The position numbers and the translations under genes are program-made. Of a stretch of 38,578 nt of DNA, positions 9,902 to 18,658 are shown in pieces. A model generated the notes under the pieces. It had not been told where the DNA came from. It was given only the letters and a program-made list of their open reading frames with translations, and did not search any database. Position 1 is the first letter of the stretch. The number at the start of each line of letters is the position of its first letter. Origin of the DNA: Sandaracinaceae bacterium (GTDB lineage: Bacteria; Myxococcota_A; Polyangia; Polyangiales; Sandaracinaceae). The stretch lies in the NCBI GenBank assembly GCA_044220955.1, contig JBGAQA010000044.1:1-38578 (forward strand). Direction: 5' to 3'.

Positions 9902-10522
9902 ATGCGCGGGCAGAACCTGAAGTTCCTCCTCGGGGTGGCCGTCATCCTCGCCATCGTCTGGGGCGTGCTGCGGGCCTACTACATCGAGATCGTGACCGTG
10001 GGGCACGACGGCATGGCGCCCACGCTGATCGCGGGCGACACGGTGGTGGTCTGGCGCGATCCCGTGCCCGAGCACGGCGCGATCATGCTCTGCCGCCACC
10101 CGACCGACGACACCCGCTTCGTCATCGGTCGCGTCGTGGGGCGCAACGGCACCGACCTCAGCGTCGACCGAGGGCGCCTGCGCATCGAGGGTACCTTCCC
10201 GCCGATCGACTGGCGTGGGGAGGTCCCCTTCTACGACCGCGCCGATCGTGTCCAGGTGCAGATGAACTGGGGCATCGAGCACCTCGGCAACGACGATCAT
10301 CTCGTGTTCATGCGCACGGGGCGCGAGCTGCGGATGCGACCGATGTCGGAGTACGACGGCATCTACCTCCTGGACGACAACCGCTCGTACACGGGCGAGG
10401 ACAGCCGCGAGTTCGGCCCGATCCCCGAGTCGCGCTGCATCGGCCACATCTTCATGCGCGTCGGCATGGCGGACGGCACACCGCCCGAGGTCGGCAACCG
10501 CTCCGTCCAGCTCCTGGATTGA
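9902..10522 (+). CDS. Signal peptidase I (S26) homologue, catalytic Ser and Lys both replaced by Gly
   Basis: N-terminal TM; box B HDGMAPTLIAGD, box D FVIGRVVG, box E DDNRSYTGEDSREFGPIP. Confidence 0.85.
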   Translation: MRGQNLKFLLGVAVILAIVWGVLRAYYIEIVTVGHDGMAPTLIAGDTVVVWRDPVPEHGAIMLCRHPTDDTRFVIGRVVGRNGTDLSVDRGRLRIEGTFPPIDWRGEVPFYDRADRVQVQMNWGIEHLGNDDHLVFMRTGRELRMRPMSEYDGIYLLDDNRSYTGEDSREFGPIPESRCIGHIFMRVGMADGTPPEVGNRSVQLLD

Positions 10523-10605
10523 CCGCGGGATGCGATCGCTGCACTGGCTGCGTCGCGTGGGACGCCCCCTTCGCCGACCTGGCGGCCGTCCGCTACAATC
10601 AAAAC

Positions 10606-10842
10606 GTGACAACCCCGGAGATGCTCGTGGAGATCCTGCGCCTCCCCGTCGACGAGAGGGCGAAGCTAGCGCTCGAGCTGCTGCGTAGCCTCGAGGGCGA
10701 GCCGGACAGCGGCGTGGCGGAGGCGTGGGATGCGGAGATCGAGCGCCGCGCGGCGGAGGTCGAGGCCGGCACTGCCGAGACGCTGACTCTCGAGGAGTAC
10801 CGAGAGCACGTTCGCCAGCGTCGCAGCGCACGCGTGCGATGA
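10606..10842 (+). CDS. Addiction module antitoxin (TIGR02574-like)
   Basis: LRLPVDERAKLALELLRSL...AWDAEIERR signature; GTG 10606 lies 6 nt after TACAAT. Confidence 0.85.
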   Translation: MTTPEMLVEILRLPVDERAKLALELLRSLEGEPDSGVAEAWDAEIERRAAEVEAGTAETLTLEEYREHVRQRRSARVR

Positions 10843-11141
10843 AGCTACGCGTCCACCGCCTCGCGGTGACCGAAATCGATCACGAGGTCGACCATTACGA
10901 GTCGTATCAGGTCGGGCTCGGTGAGGAGCTCGAGGAAGCGATCGATGCGGCCTTCGAGAAGATCCTCCGCTTCCCCGAGGCGGCGCCGCAGTGGAAGAGT
11001 CGACCTGATCGACGGGTGGCGGTGCTCGACCGGTTTCCTTTCACGCTCGCGTACCAGCTCACGGGCGACGAAGTCGTGATTCTCGCGCTCGCGCACCACC
11101 GCCGCCGCCCGGGATATTGGTCCCGACGCAGGCACGACTGA
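10839..11141 (+). CDS. RelE/ParE family toxin
   Basis: ATGA overlap; MKLRVHRLAVTEI...RRVAVLDRFPFTLAY...VILALAHHRRRPGYW. Confidence 0.88.
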   Translation: MKLRVHRLAVTEIDHEVDHYESYQVGLGEELEEAIDAAFEKILRFPEAAPQWKSRPDRRVAVLDRFPFTLAYQLTGDEVVILALAHHRRRPGYWSRRRHD

Positions 11142-11301
11142 CCTTGGGTCAGTGATGCCCCGCGCGGAGCGAGCCGCGGGAACTTGTGAGCGGGGCGGTG
11201 GTCCCACGCGAAATGCGGGACGAGGCAGAAAAGCGCGACGGCCTTCTCAGAATGGCCATCGGCCGGCGTTCGCCGCAGTCGCCGGCTTCCCTTGGCTGCG
11301 C

Positions 11302-11811
11302 GTGCTCTCCGACGACGTGTGGGACGCAATCCCGTGGCCCGTGCGCGACACGTGCGCGCCCATCCTCCTCGGCCTCGCCGCGACCGTCGCGCGCATGGCG
11401 GGATGCGGCGAGCCTCGGCCGTCGTCGCAGCGGCGATCGTGCTGTGCGCCTTGCACCCGTTCCCTCACTGCCGACCGGTGGCATCGGTCACGTCGACGGC
11501 CGTCGTCCTCGCGATGCTGCTCGCACACACTGACGGCCGAGCCCTCGCGAGCACCCTGCCTCTTCGCGGCGGCCGGCCTCGCGTGCGCCGCGCTCGTCAC
11601 CGTCGCGTGGGGCAAGACATACGGTCTCGTGCTCGCGGTGCCGGTGACGCCGCTCGTCTTGGCCCAGTCGCCTTGGTCAGCGGGCGAGCACATGCGCTGG
11701 GCATGCACGCATCACATGGCGTTCGTGCCACCCATCGTCGCGGTGCTCGCCGCGCTCGCATGGCTACCGTGGGCGCTCCCGGCGTTCCGCTTCGTCATGC
11801 GATCGTGCTGA
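11302..11811 (+). pseudogene. Probable membrane protein with two compensating frameshifts
   Basis: Hydrophobic, codon-typical coding moves from the 11152 frame to the 11292 frame at about 11403 and back at about 11558. Confidence 0.35.
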
Positions 11812-11838
11812 CGAGCCTGAGAAGCCGAGGGCTAGACC

Positions 11839-12621
11839 TCAGCCCGCGATCGGGATGAGGTCGCGCAGCACGCGCGCGCGCTCGCGGGCGAGCGGGACCT
11901 TCGGCTTGTCGGGGTGCGCGAGCAGCATGTCGAAGGTGCCGGCGCCGCTCGGCTCGAGGGTCTTGATGCGGTCGAGGCGCACGAGGTAGCCGCGGTGCGA
12001 GCGGAAGAACACGCCGCGCGGCACGCGCTGCTCGATGGTCGAGAGCGTGAGGTCGAGCGCGAAGCGGTCGGTGTCGGTCACGGCCCAGACGAGCTCGTCC
12101 TTCATCTCGAACCACGCGACGTCGGCGATGTCGACGACGACGAGCCCGCCGCGCCGCTTCACCGCGAGGCGTGTGAGCACCTCGCCGGTCGGCGGCAGCT
12201 CGACGCTCTCGCTCGCGCCAGCGCTCGCTTTCTCGCGGCGCTCGCGCACGCGCTCGATCGCCTGCTTCACGCGCGGCAGGCGAGCCGGCTTGAGCAGGTA
12301 GTCGACCACCCCGACCTCGAAGCCGCGGATGGCACCCTCGTCGTGCGCCGACACCACGACGACCGAGATCCCCGGCCAGCGCGCGTGGATCGCCTCCGCG
12401 AGCGCGAGGCCGTCCGGGCCCGGCATGCGCAGGTCCACGAACGCCACGTCCGGCATCAGCTCCGCCGTGAGCTCGAGCGCCCGCGCCGTGGAGCCCGCCT
12501 CGCCGACGACCTCGACCGCGCCGGCCTGGCCGAGGAGAAACGTGAGCTCGTCGCGCGCCAGCGGCTCGTCGTCGACCACCAGCGCGCGGACGCTGGCGGA
12601 GGCTTCCGGGATCGTCGTCAT
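11839..12621 (-). CDS. LytTR family response regulator
   Basis: ALVVDDEPLAR, PDVAFVDLRMPG, DYLLKP, FFRSHRGYLV. Confidence 0.93.
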   Translation of the reverse strand: MTTIPEASASVRALVVDDEPLARDELTFLLGQAGAVEVVGEAGSTARALELTAELMPDVAFVDLRMPGPDGLALAEAIHARWPGISVVVVSAHDEGAIRGFEVGVVDYLLKPARLPRVKQAIERVRERREKASAGASESVELPPTGEVLTRLAVKRRGGLVVVDIADVAWFEMKDELVWAVTDTDRFALDLTLSTIEQRVPRGVFFRSHRGYLVRLDRIKTLEPSGAGTFDMLLAHPDKPKVPLARERARVLRDLIPIAG

Positions 12622-13898
12622 GCGGCCCTCTCCTCGCTCGGAGCGGCAACGCCGGCCCCGGGCGCGTCCATTCCCAGCGCCGCGATCGGAAGGCGGAGCG
12701 TCACGACCGCGCCAGGCTCGGCCACGGACAGCTCGAGCGAGGCCTGCGCGCCGAAGCGGCGGCTGAGGCGCTCGCGCAGCGTCGCCAGCGCGATGCCCGC
12801 GCCGCGATCGGCCTCGCTCTGGGGGATCGCGCTTCCCTCCGTGCGGTCGACGACGCGCACGACCAGCGTGCCGGCCTCGTCTTCCGCGCTGATGTTCACG
12901 ACGCCCGGCCCCTCGTGACGCGCGACGCCGTGGCGGATCGCGTTCTCGACGAGCGGTTGCAGGCTGAGCGCCGGGACGCGCAGCGGCGCGAGCGCGTCGG
13001 GTAGGTCCACCTCGAGGCGCAGCCGGTCCTCTCCGAGGCGCGCGCGCTCGATCGCGACGTAGGCCTGCGCGTGCGCGACCTCCGCGCGCAGCGGCGCGTC
13101 GTCGGGGTGCGAGAGCAGGTAGCGGTAGAGATCGGCCAGGTCGGCGACGAGCTCGCGCGCGCGCTCGGGGTCCTTGCGGATCGTGGCACGCACGGCGGTG
13201 AGCGCGTTGAACAGGAAGTGCGGCTCGAGACGCCGGCGGAGCGACTCCAGCGTCGCGTGCTCGGCGGCCGCGCGCGCCTCGACGAGGTCGACCGCCGCTC
13301 GCTCGCGCGAGACGACGACACGCGCGACGGCGACGAAGAGGGTGACCCCGGCGGCGTTCACCAGGAGCTTCACGACGTGCGCGGGCCACGCGGGCAGGTA
13401 GCGCTCCGTGGTCCCGGCCACGACCAGCCCGGCACCGACGGTCACGATGTGAACCGCCTGGATGCCGAGCGCGACGCCGAACACGCGTGGTGGCTCCCGC
13501 ACCCAGTCGGGGCGCCGCTCCGCGACGACGCCGGCGAGCACCCCGTCGATCACCGAGGCGACGAGCACCCAGGGCGCGGTCTCCTCGTCCACCTGCGTCG
13601 CGTAGAAGAGGCCGCCGCCGAGCCCGGCGATGAGGCCGGCCTTCCAGCCGCCGAGGATCGCCGCGATGAGCACGCCGATCGCGCGGACGTTGAAGTGCTC
13701 GTTCGCGAAGCGGAAGCCGAGGTTCGCGCCCCAGATCGAGAGCGCGAGGCCGAAGAGCGCGGCCGCGAGCTTGTCGCTCCGCTGTCCGCCTCCGAGCAGG
13801 CGCTTGCGCAGCGGCGGGTAGAGCACCGCGACGAGCGCGGCCGCCGCGAGCAGGCCCATCTTCTCCGCGAGCTCGACGAGCATGACGTCGGGAGACAT
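12618..13898 (-). CDS. LytS/YehU-type sensor histidine kinase (5TMR-LYT)
   Basis: Multiple TMs with NVRAIGVLIAAILGG; LEPHFLFNAL, LQPLVENAIRHG, GAGIAL; 4-nt overlap with the regulator. Confidence 0.92.
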   Translation of the reverse strand: MSPDVMLVELAEKMGLLAAAALVAVLYPPLRKRLLGGGQRSDKLAAALFGLALSIWGANLGFRFANEHFNVRAIGVLIAAILGGWKAGLIAGLGGGLFYATQVDEETAPWVLVASVIDGVLAGVVAERRPDWVREPPRVFGVALGIQAVHIVTVGAGLVVAGTTERYLPAWPAHVVKLLVNAAGVTLFVAVARVVVSRERAAVDLVEARAAAEHATLESLRRRLEPHFLFNALTAVRATIRKDPERARELVADLADLYRYLLSHPDDAPLRAEVAHAQAYVAIERARLGEDRLRLEVDLPDALAPLRVPALSLQPLVENAIRHGVARHEGPGVVNISAEDEAGTLVVRVVDRTEGSAIPQSEADRGAGIALATLRERLSRRFGAQASLELSVAEPGAVVTLRLPIAALGMDAPGAGVAAPSEERAA

Positions 13899-14015
13899 GG
13901 GCTGGGGCAAGCCTAGCGTCGGATCGGTGCAGGCGCCGGGCGGAAGCCGCGAACGGTCTCTCCGGTAGGCTCAGAGGCCGTCCCAGAATCGCCGCCAGCG
14001 CCCCCGGAGAACTCA

Positions 14016-15302
14016 TCAGTCGTAGCGGACCATGATCGGGTAGTTCCGCAGGTCGTTCGCCGCGGGGCCGCTGTTCACCAGCACGATGGAGACGGTCCCC
14101 GAGGTCGCGGCGGCCGGGAGCGTGAGGCGCATCGTGGTGGAGACGCCCTCGTTGAGGGTCGTTCGCCCGAGCATCGGAGCCACGTCGCGGCCCGAGGCGG
14201 TGCGGGCCGACACGCGGAAGTCGGGGACGGTGCCGCGCGCGAACCCGCTCAGCGGCACGTCGAGCGTCGTCCCGGGCGCGCCGTGCACGCTCGTCTCGGG
14301 TGTCCACACGCCGTAGTAGATCTCGCCCGGCTCGGTCGGGATGCAGGGGTCCGTGCCGGCCGCGCCCGCCGCGTTCGACCAGCTGCGCGCGAGCACGTAG
14401 CCCGAGCGAGCGAGGTAGCGGCCCACGCAGCGATCGGTCGTCTCGCCGAAGATCGCCCAGGGATCGGCGAGCCGCGGATCCCACTGGTAGGCGGGCGCGG
14501 AGTCCACGTAGGGATCGGTCGCGGCCTCGATCAGCTCGTGCGAGGACGCGGCCTCGAGGTAGCCGAGGTGATCGAAGCCGCGGCCGGGCCCGCAGTCGAT
14601 CGCGAGCGCGTACACGAGGTGCGTCGTGCCCGAGCCGGCCTCACCGTGCACGCCATGCCAGCCGCTGCACGCGGCGGCGCCGCCGCTCAGGGTGATCGCC
14701 GAGCCGGCAGGGAAATAGAGGAGCGCCATCACGCCGTCGAAGGTGCCGTCGGGCCCATGTGGGATCGTGCCGTCGGCGGCGCGCGCGACGAGGAACGACT
14801 CGATGACCGCCTGCGACGCGCTCGCCGGCGCATCGACCGTGAGGTGTACTGCGCCGAGCGAGACGAGCGGGCCGACGCCGTACTCGCTCGTCGTCGCGCT
14901 CCACCACGCGCTCTCGGCGACCATCGCGTCCGTGAACGTGTCGAGCGCGGCGCGGCTCGGATCGTTCGCGTAGGTGATCGTGACGACCGAAGGATGAGCG
15001 AGCACTGGTCCGCCGCGCGAGGGCAGGGGTGGCGAGTACCCGGTCACGGGCCCACCGTCGAGCGCGGCGTCGCCCGGTCCGGCGTCGGCGGACAGGGAGG
15101 CGTCGGATCCCGCGTCCGCTCCGCCGGCGTCGGTCCCGACGTCCATCCCGAGGGGCGTGGCAGTGTCCGTGCCTGCGTCGGCGGAGGCCGGCGCGTCCGG
15201 CCGCGGGCCCGCGTCGGCCCCCGAGTCCAGCGGCGCGACCTCCGTGGCACACCCCGCGAGCGAGGTGGCGAGCACGAGCGTGGAGAGCCGGATCCAGTTC
15301 AT
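14016..15302 (-). CDS. Lipoprotein with HExxE motif (Phi-1/EXORDIUM-like domain) and C-terminal beta-rich domain
   Basis: Lipobox LAGC, DAG-rich linker, GGPVL, GWHGVH, SHELIEAATDP. Confidence 0.7.
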   Translation of the reverse strand: MNWIRLSTLVLATSLAGCATEVAPLDSGADAGPRPDAPASADAGTDTATPLGMDVGTDAGGADAGSDASLSADAGPGDAALDGGPVTGYSPPLPSRGGPVLAHPSVVTITYANDPSRAALDTFTDAMVAESAWWSATTSEYGVGPLVSLGAVHLTVDAPASASQAVIESFLVARAADGTIPHGPDGTFDGVMALLYFPAGSAITLSGGAAACSGWHGVHGEAGSGTTHLVYALAIDCGPGRGFDHLGYLEAASSHELIEAATDPYVDSAPAYQWDPRLADPWAIFGETTDRCVGRYLARSGYVLARSWSNAAGAAGTDPCIPTEPGEIYYGVWTPETSVHGAPGTTLDVPLSGFARGTVPDFRVSARTASGRDVAPMLGRTTLNEGVSTTMRLTLPAAATSGTVSIVLVNSGPAANDLRNYPIMVRYD

Positions 15303-15325
15303 GGCGGTCCTTTCGGCGACACGGT

Positions 15326-16438
15326 TCAGAGCTCGGCGGCGAGCGCGGGCAGCCCCGCCGCGGACAAGGCCTCCGCCAGACCCGTGCGCGCCTCGTCGTG
15401 CGCGCTCGAGCCGGCCGGGATGCTGGCGAACAGGCGCGCCGCTTCGGCCGGAGCCCCCGCGGCGAGGCGAGCCTGCGCGAGCACCAGCGTCGCCTCCGTG
15501 CTCGCCGCGGCGTCGGCCCGCGCGACCTCCGCGAGCTCCGCGGCGCGCGCGGGATCACCGAGCGCGAGCCAGTGCCGCGCGTCGAGCGTGAGCGACGCGG
15601 GGCGCTCGTCCCGGGGAAACGCGAGCCAGCGCTCCGCCGCCGCACGGTCGCCCGCGGCGATCGCGACCTCGATCGCCAGCTCGCGGTCGAGCGTCTCCTC
15701 GGGAAGCCGCTCGACCAGGCGGTGGGCGACCCGCACGTCTCCGCGCGCCGCGAGCGCGCGCACGGCGGCCACGATCTCGTCGGTGTGGCCCGGAGCCACG
15801 CGCGCGAGCTCGGTCGCGGCGTCGTAGAGGCCGAGGTCGTCGCCTCTGGCGAGCGCGAGCGCGAGCGACGCGCGCAAGGCCCCGAGCGAGCCGCCCTGCG
15901 CCGCGAAGTCGGAGAGCAGCGTCGCGGCGCGGTCTTCGTGGCCGCCCGCGGCGAACAAGCGCGCGAGCGCGAGCACCGGCTCTTCGCTCCGGGGCTCGGC
16001 ATCGCGCGCGCGCTCGTAGGCCGCGATCGCGTCGGGCGTCTCGCCGTGGCGCTCGGCGATGACGCCGCGCGTCTGCCAGAGCACCTCCGCCGCGGGATCG
16101 AGCGCCTCCGCGCGCCGCAGCGCTTCCTCGGCGCCCGCGCGGTCGCCGAGGTGATCGCGCGCGTCCGCGAGGCGCGCGAGCAGGAGCACGTCGTCCTCGC
16201 CGCCCGCCCGCGCTCGCTCGTAGGCGTCCGCGGCCGCGCTCCAGTCGCCGCGCGCGGCCGCGAGCTCACCGCGCACGAAGTCCTCGTACTGTGCGGGCGC
16301 GACGAACACGCCCTCGCGGGTCCGGCCGCCGACCGTGCGCGTGACGGGGTAGGGCGCGTACCGGATGCAGCCCGTCAGCGCGAGGAGCGCGAGCAGCGCG
16401 GGCGCCGCGCGCGCCGCGCGCTTCAGAGCCCGGCGCAC
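15326..16438 (-). CDS. TPR-repeat lipoprotein
   Basis: Lipobox LTGC; repeated helical TPR-like units (AAADAYERA, AIAAYERARDAEP). Confidence 0.75.
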   Translation of the reverse strand: MRRALKRAARAAPALLALLALTGCIRYAPYPVTRTVGGRTREGVFVAPAQYEDFVRGELAAARGDWSAAADAYERARAGGEDDVLLLARLADARDHLGDRAGAEEALRRAEALDPAAEVLWQTRGVIAERHGETPDAIAAYERARDAEPRSEEPVLALARLFAAGGHEDRAATLLSDFAAQGGSLGALRASLALALARGDDLGLYDAATELARVAPGHTDEIVAAVRALAARGDVRVAHRLVERLPEETLDRELAIEVAIAAGDRAAAERWLAFPRDERPASLTLDARHWLALGDPARAAELAEVARADAAASTEATLVLAQARLAAGAPAEAARLFASIPAGSSAHDEARTGLAEALSAAGLPALAAEL

Positions 16439-16959
16439 ATCATCTCGAGGCCCGTCATGCAGGGCACGTTCACCTGGCTCGAGTCACCGAGCACGAGCGG
16501 CCACGCGGGCAGGTAGGCGACGCCGGTCGCGATCGTGTTGCCGCCGCGCTCGACCGTCGCGCGCACCTGCGGGCCCGGATGCACGGAGCGATCGTCGGTC
16601 CAGAGCTCGAGCTCGAGGCGCGGGTCGTTCCCCGACGCATCGGCGAGCGCGTGCGCGCGCACGTACGCGCCCGTGACGTTCATGGTCAGGATGCCCCGCG
16701 CATCGACGCTGATCACGACCTCGCCGTTCTCGAACGACGTGCCGCGCGTCGGCGCGAGGAAGTGCCCCGGCGGGCTCGTCCCCTCCATCGTCGGCGCGAT
16801 CACCACGCGGAGCGTGTCCACTGCGGCCGCGTTCACGCCCATCAGCTGGATCGCGAGCGTGAAGCCCTCGGGCGCCGTCGGCGCGGCGCAGCTCGGGACG
16901 AGCGCGGCGAGCGGCAGCGCGAGGGCGAGGCGAGCGAGCACGGAGATGAGGTGGCGCAT
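16423..16959 (-). CDS. Hypothetical lipoprotein
   Basis: Signal peptide ending VPSC; typical codon usage; operonic spacing with neighbours. Confidence 0.7.
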   Translation of the reverse strand: MRHLISVLARLALALPLAALVPSCAAPTAPEGFTLAIQLMGVNAAAVDTLRVVIAPTMEGTSPPGHFLAPTRGTSFENGEVVISVDARGILTMNVTGAYVRAHALADASGNDPRLELELWTDDRSVHPGPQVRATVERGGNTIATGVAYLPAWPLVLGDSSQVNVPCMTGLEMMCAGL

Positions 16960-16969
16960 CGTCGTGCTC

Positions 16970-17908
16970 CTAGAAGCGGATGCCGGGGAGCGGGATGCCC
17001 ATCGGGTCCGGCGCGGCGGTCGGCTGCGACGCGATCACCGCGCCGATGATGACGCCCGCGATCACGAGGACGCCGGCCCCGACGCCGACCCAGACGTACC
17101 ACTCCTCGTACCAGGGCGTGGACGCCGCGGGGCCCGCATACGAGGGGCCCGGGCCCGCAGCTACCGCCGCGCTGCCCTCGAGCGGCGCGAGGACGACGTC
17201 GATGCGCGCCTGCTCGCCATCGGCCACCTCGACCGTTCGTCGCGTGCCCGAATAGCCGGCGCGCGACACGAGCACCACGTGCTGTCCGGGCGTGACGCGC
17301 ATCGCGGCGACCGGCGACTCGCCCGCGCTCGCCTCGTCGATCATCACGCTGGCGCCGTCGACGTTGACCGTCACGAGCAGCGTCGCGGGAGGCGGCGGCG
17401 GCGAGAACATCACGGGCCGCAGCTGCTCGATCAGCGGCGCGAGCGCCGCGGCCACGGCGGCCGCATCGACCACGCTCCCGCTCAGGGGCTCCGGCAGGCG
17501 CGAGGCGCCGCTCACGGGGTCCACGATGTCGAGCACGAGCGCGACGCCGCCGCGGGCGCTGCGGCGCGAGAGCCGCGCGAGGATCGCGCCGATCGCGCCG
17601 GCCTCGGCGAGCATCGCCCCGCGGCACGCGGCGTCCGCGCACGCGCCGAGCCGGTCTCGCATCTCCGCCATCGCGAGCGGCAGCACGGGGCGAGCGCCCG
17701 ACATCGGCCGCACGCCGTCGACGAGCGCGCTCTGCACGGCCGCGATCACGTCGTCGGGCACGCTGCCGGTCGTGAGCACCGCGACCATCACCGGCGGCAC
17801 CGTCGGTGCGGCGGTCGCCGGCGGCGTGGGCGGAGCGGCCACGTCCTGCGCCGACGCGAGGGTCGTCACGGCGAGCGAGGCGAGGAGCACGAGCGCCTGG
17901 GTCCGCAT
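16970..17908 (-). CDS. PEGA domain protein with C-terminal membrane segment
   Basis: Start MRTQALVLLAS; LLVTVNVDGASVMID...PGQHVVLVSRAGY; PWYEEWYVWVGVG + TM. Confidence 0.85.
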   Translation of the reverse strand: MRTQALVLLASLAVTTLASAQDVAAPPTPPATAAPTVPPVMVAVLTTGSVPDDVIAAVQSALVDGVRPMSGARPVLPLAMAEMRDRLGACADAACRGAMLAEAGAIGAILARLSRRSARGGVALVLDIVDPVSGASRLPEPLSGSVVDAAAVAAALAPLIEQLRPVMFSPPPPPATLLVTVNVDGASVMIDEASAGESPVAAMRVTPGQHVVLVSRAGYSGTRRTVEVADGEQARIDVVLAPLEGSAAVAAGPGPSYAGPAASTPWYEEWYVWVGVGAGVLVIAGVIIGAVIASQPTAAPDPMGIPLPGIRF

Positions 17909-17956
17909 GGCCGGGAACCATACCAAAGAACGCGCCGCCGCCGCGCCGGATGGGGT

Positions 17957-17985
17957 TTGACGGCCGGGGCGCCCGCGACGATGCT
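17957..17985 (+). promoter_or_regulatory. Putative sigma70 promoter of sctR
   Basis: TTGACG 17957-17962, 17-nt spacer, GATGCT 17980-17985, then an in-frame GTG at 17993. Confidence 0.4.
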
Positions 17986-18658
17986 CGCGCGCGTGCCCTC
18001 GGACGGGAGCCTCGCGCCCTACCTCGCCCTGATCGTGATCGGCGCGATCCCGCTGATCTTCGTGACGACGACCAGCTTCGTGAAGATCTCGGTCGTGTTC
18101 TCGGTCCTGCGCAACGCGCTCGGCACCGGGCAGATCCCGAGCGGCACCGTGATCACCGCGCTCTCCTTGATCCTCACCCTCTACGTGATGGCGCCCGTGG
18201 GCGCGGCGATGATGGACGCGGCGGCGCCCGCCGCGACGGCGATCGATCCGAGCGCGCCGCTCGCGCATCCTGCCGACCTGCTCGCGACGATCCGCGCGGG
18301 CGCCGAGCCGCTCCGGACGTTCCTCGTGCACAACGCCGGCGAGCGCGAGCGCGGGCTGTTCCTGGATCTCGCGCGGCAGGCGCGCCCCGAGGCGCAGCGC
18401 GCGGCGCTCGCGGACACGGACCTGCTCGTCGCGGCGCCGGCCTTCATCGTCACCGAGCTGAGCGAGGCCTTCCAGCTGGGCTTCCTGATCTACCTGCCGT
18501 TCCTGATCGTGGATCTCGTCATCGCGAACGTGCTCACCGCGCTCGGGCTCAGCGCGCTCTCGCCCACGCAGGTGAGCCTGCCCTTCAAGCTCCTGCTCTT
18601 CGTCATGGTCGACGGCTGGTACCTGCTCGCGCGCGCGCTCGTGCTCGGATACGCGTGA
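17981..18658 (+). CDS. sctR: Type III secretion export gate protein SctR (EscR/YscR/HrcR; FliP family)
   Basis: TTSFVKISVVFSVLRNALG, LTLYVMAPV, PAFIVTELSEAFQLGFLIYLPFLIVDLVIANVL, SLPFKLLLFVMVDGW. Start is ATG 17981 or GTG 17993. Confidence 0.92.
   Translation: MLARVPSDGSLAPYLALIVIGAIPLIFVTTTSFVKISVVFSVLRNALGTGQIPSGTVITALSLILTLYVMAPVGAAMMDAAAPAATAIDPSAPLAHPADLLATIRAGAEPLRTFLVHNAGERERGLFLDLARQARPEAQRAALADTDLLVAAPAFIVTELSEAFQLGFLIYLPFLIVDLVIANVLTALGLSALSPTQVSLPFKLLLFVMVDGWYLLARALVLGYA

Noticed and set aside
16535..17980. Long N-terminal extension on SctR; likewise 19817..21433 on the Spo0M-like gene, 12622..14484 on LytTR and 30698..30898 on AEP-HAD
   Set aside because: Extensions overlap other real genes; better starts with RBS or promoter signals lie downstream.
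17981..18658. Flagellar FliP
   Set aside because: No FliP-type N-terminal signal region, SFVK rather than SFTR, and no flagellar genes nearby; SctR fits better.
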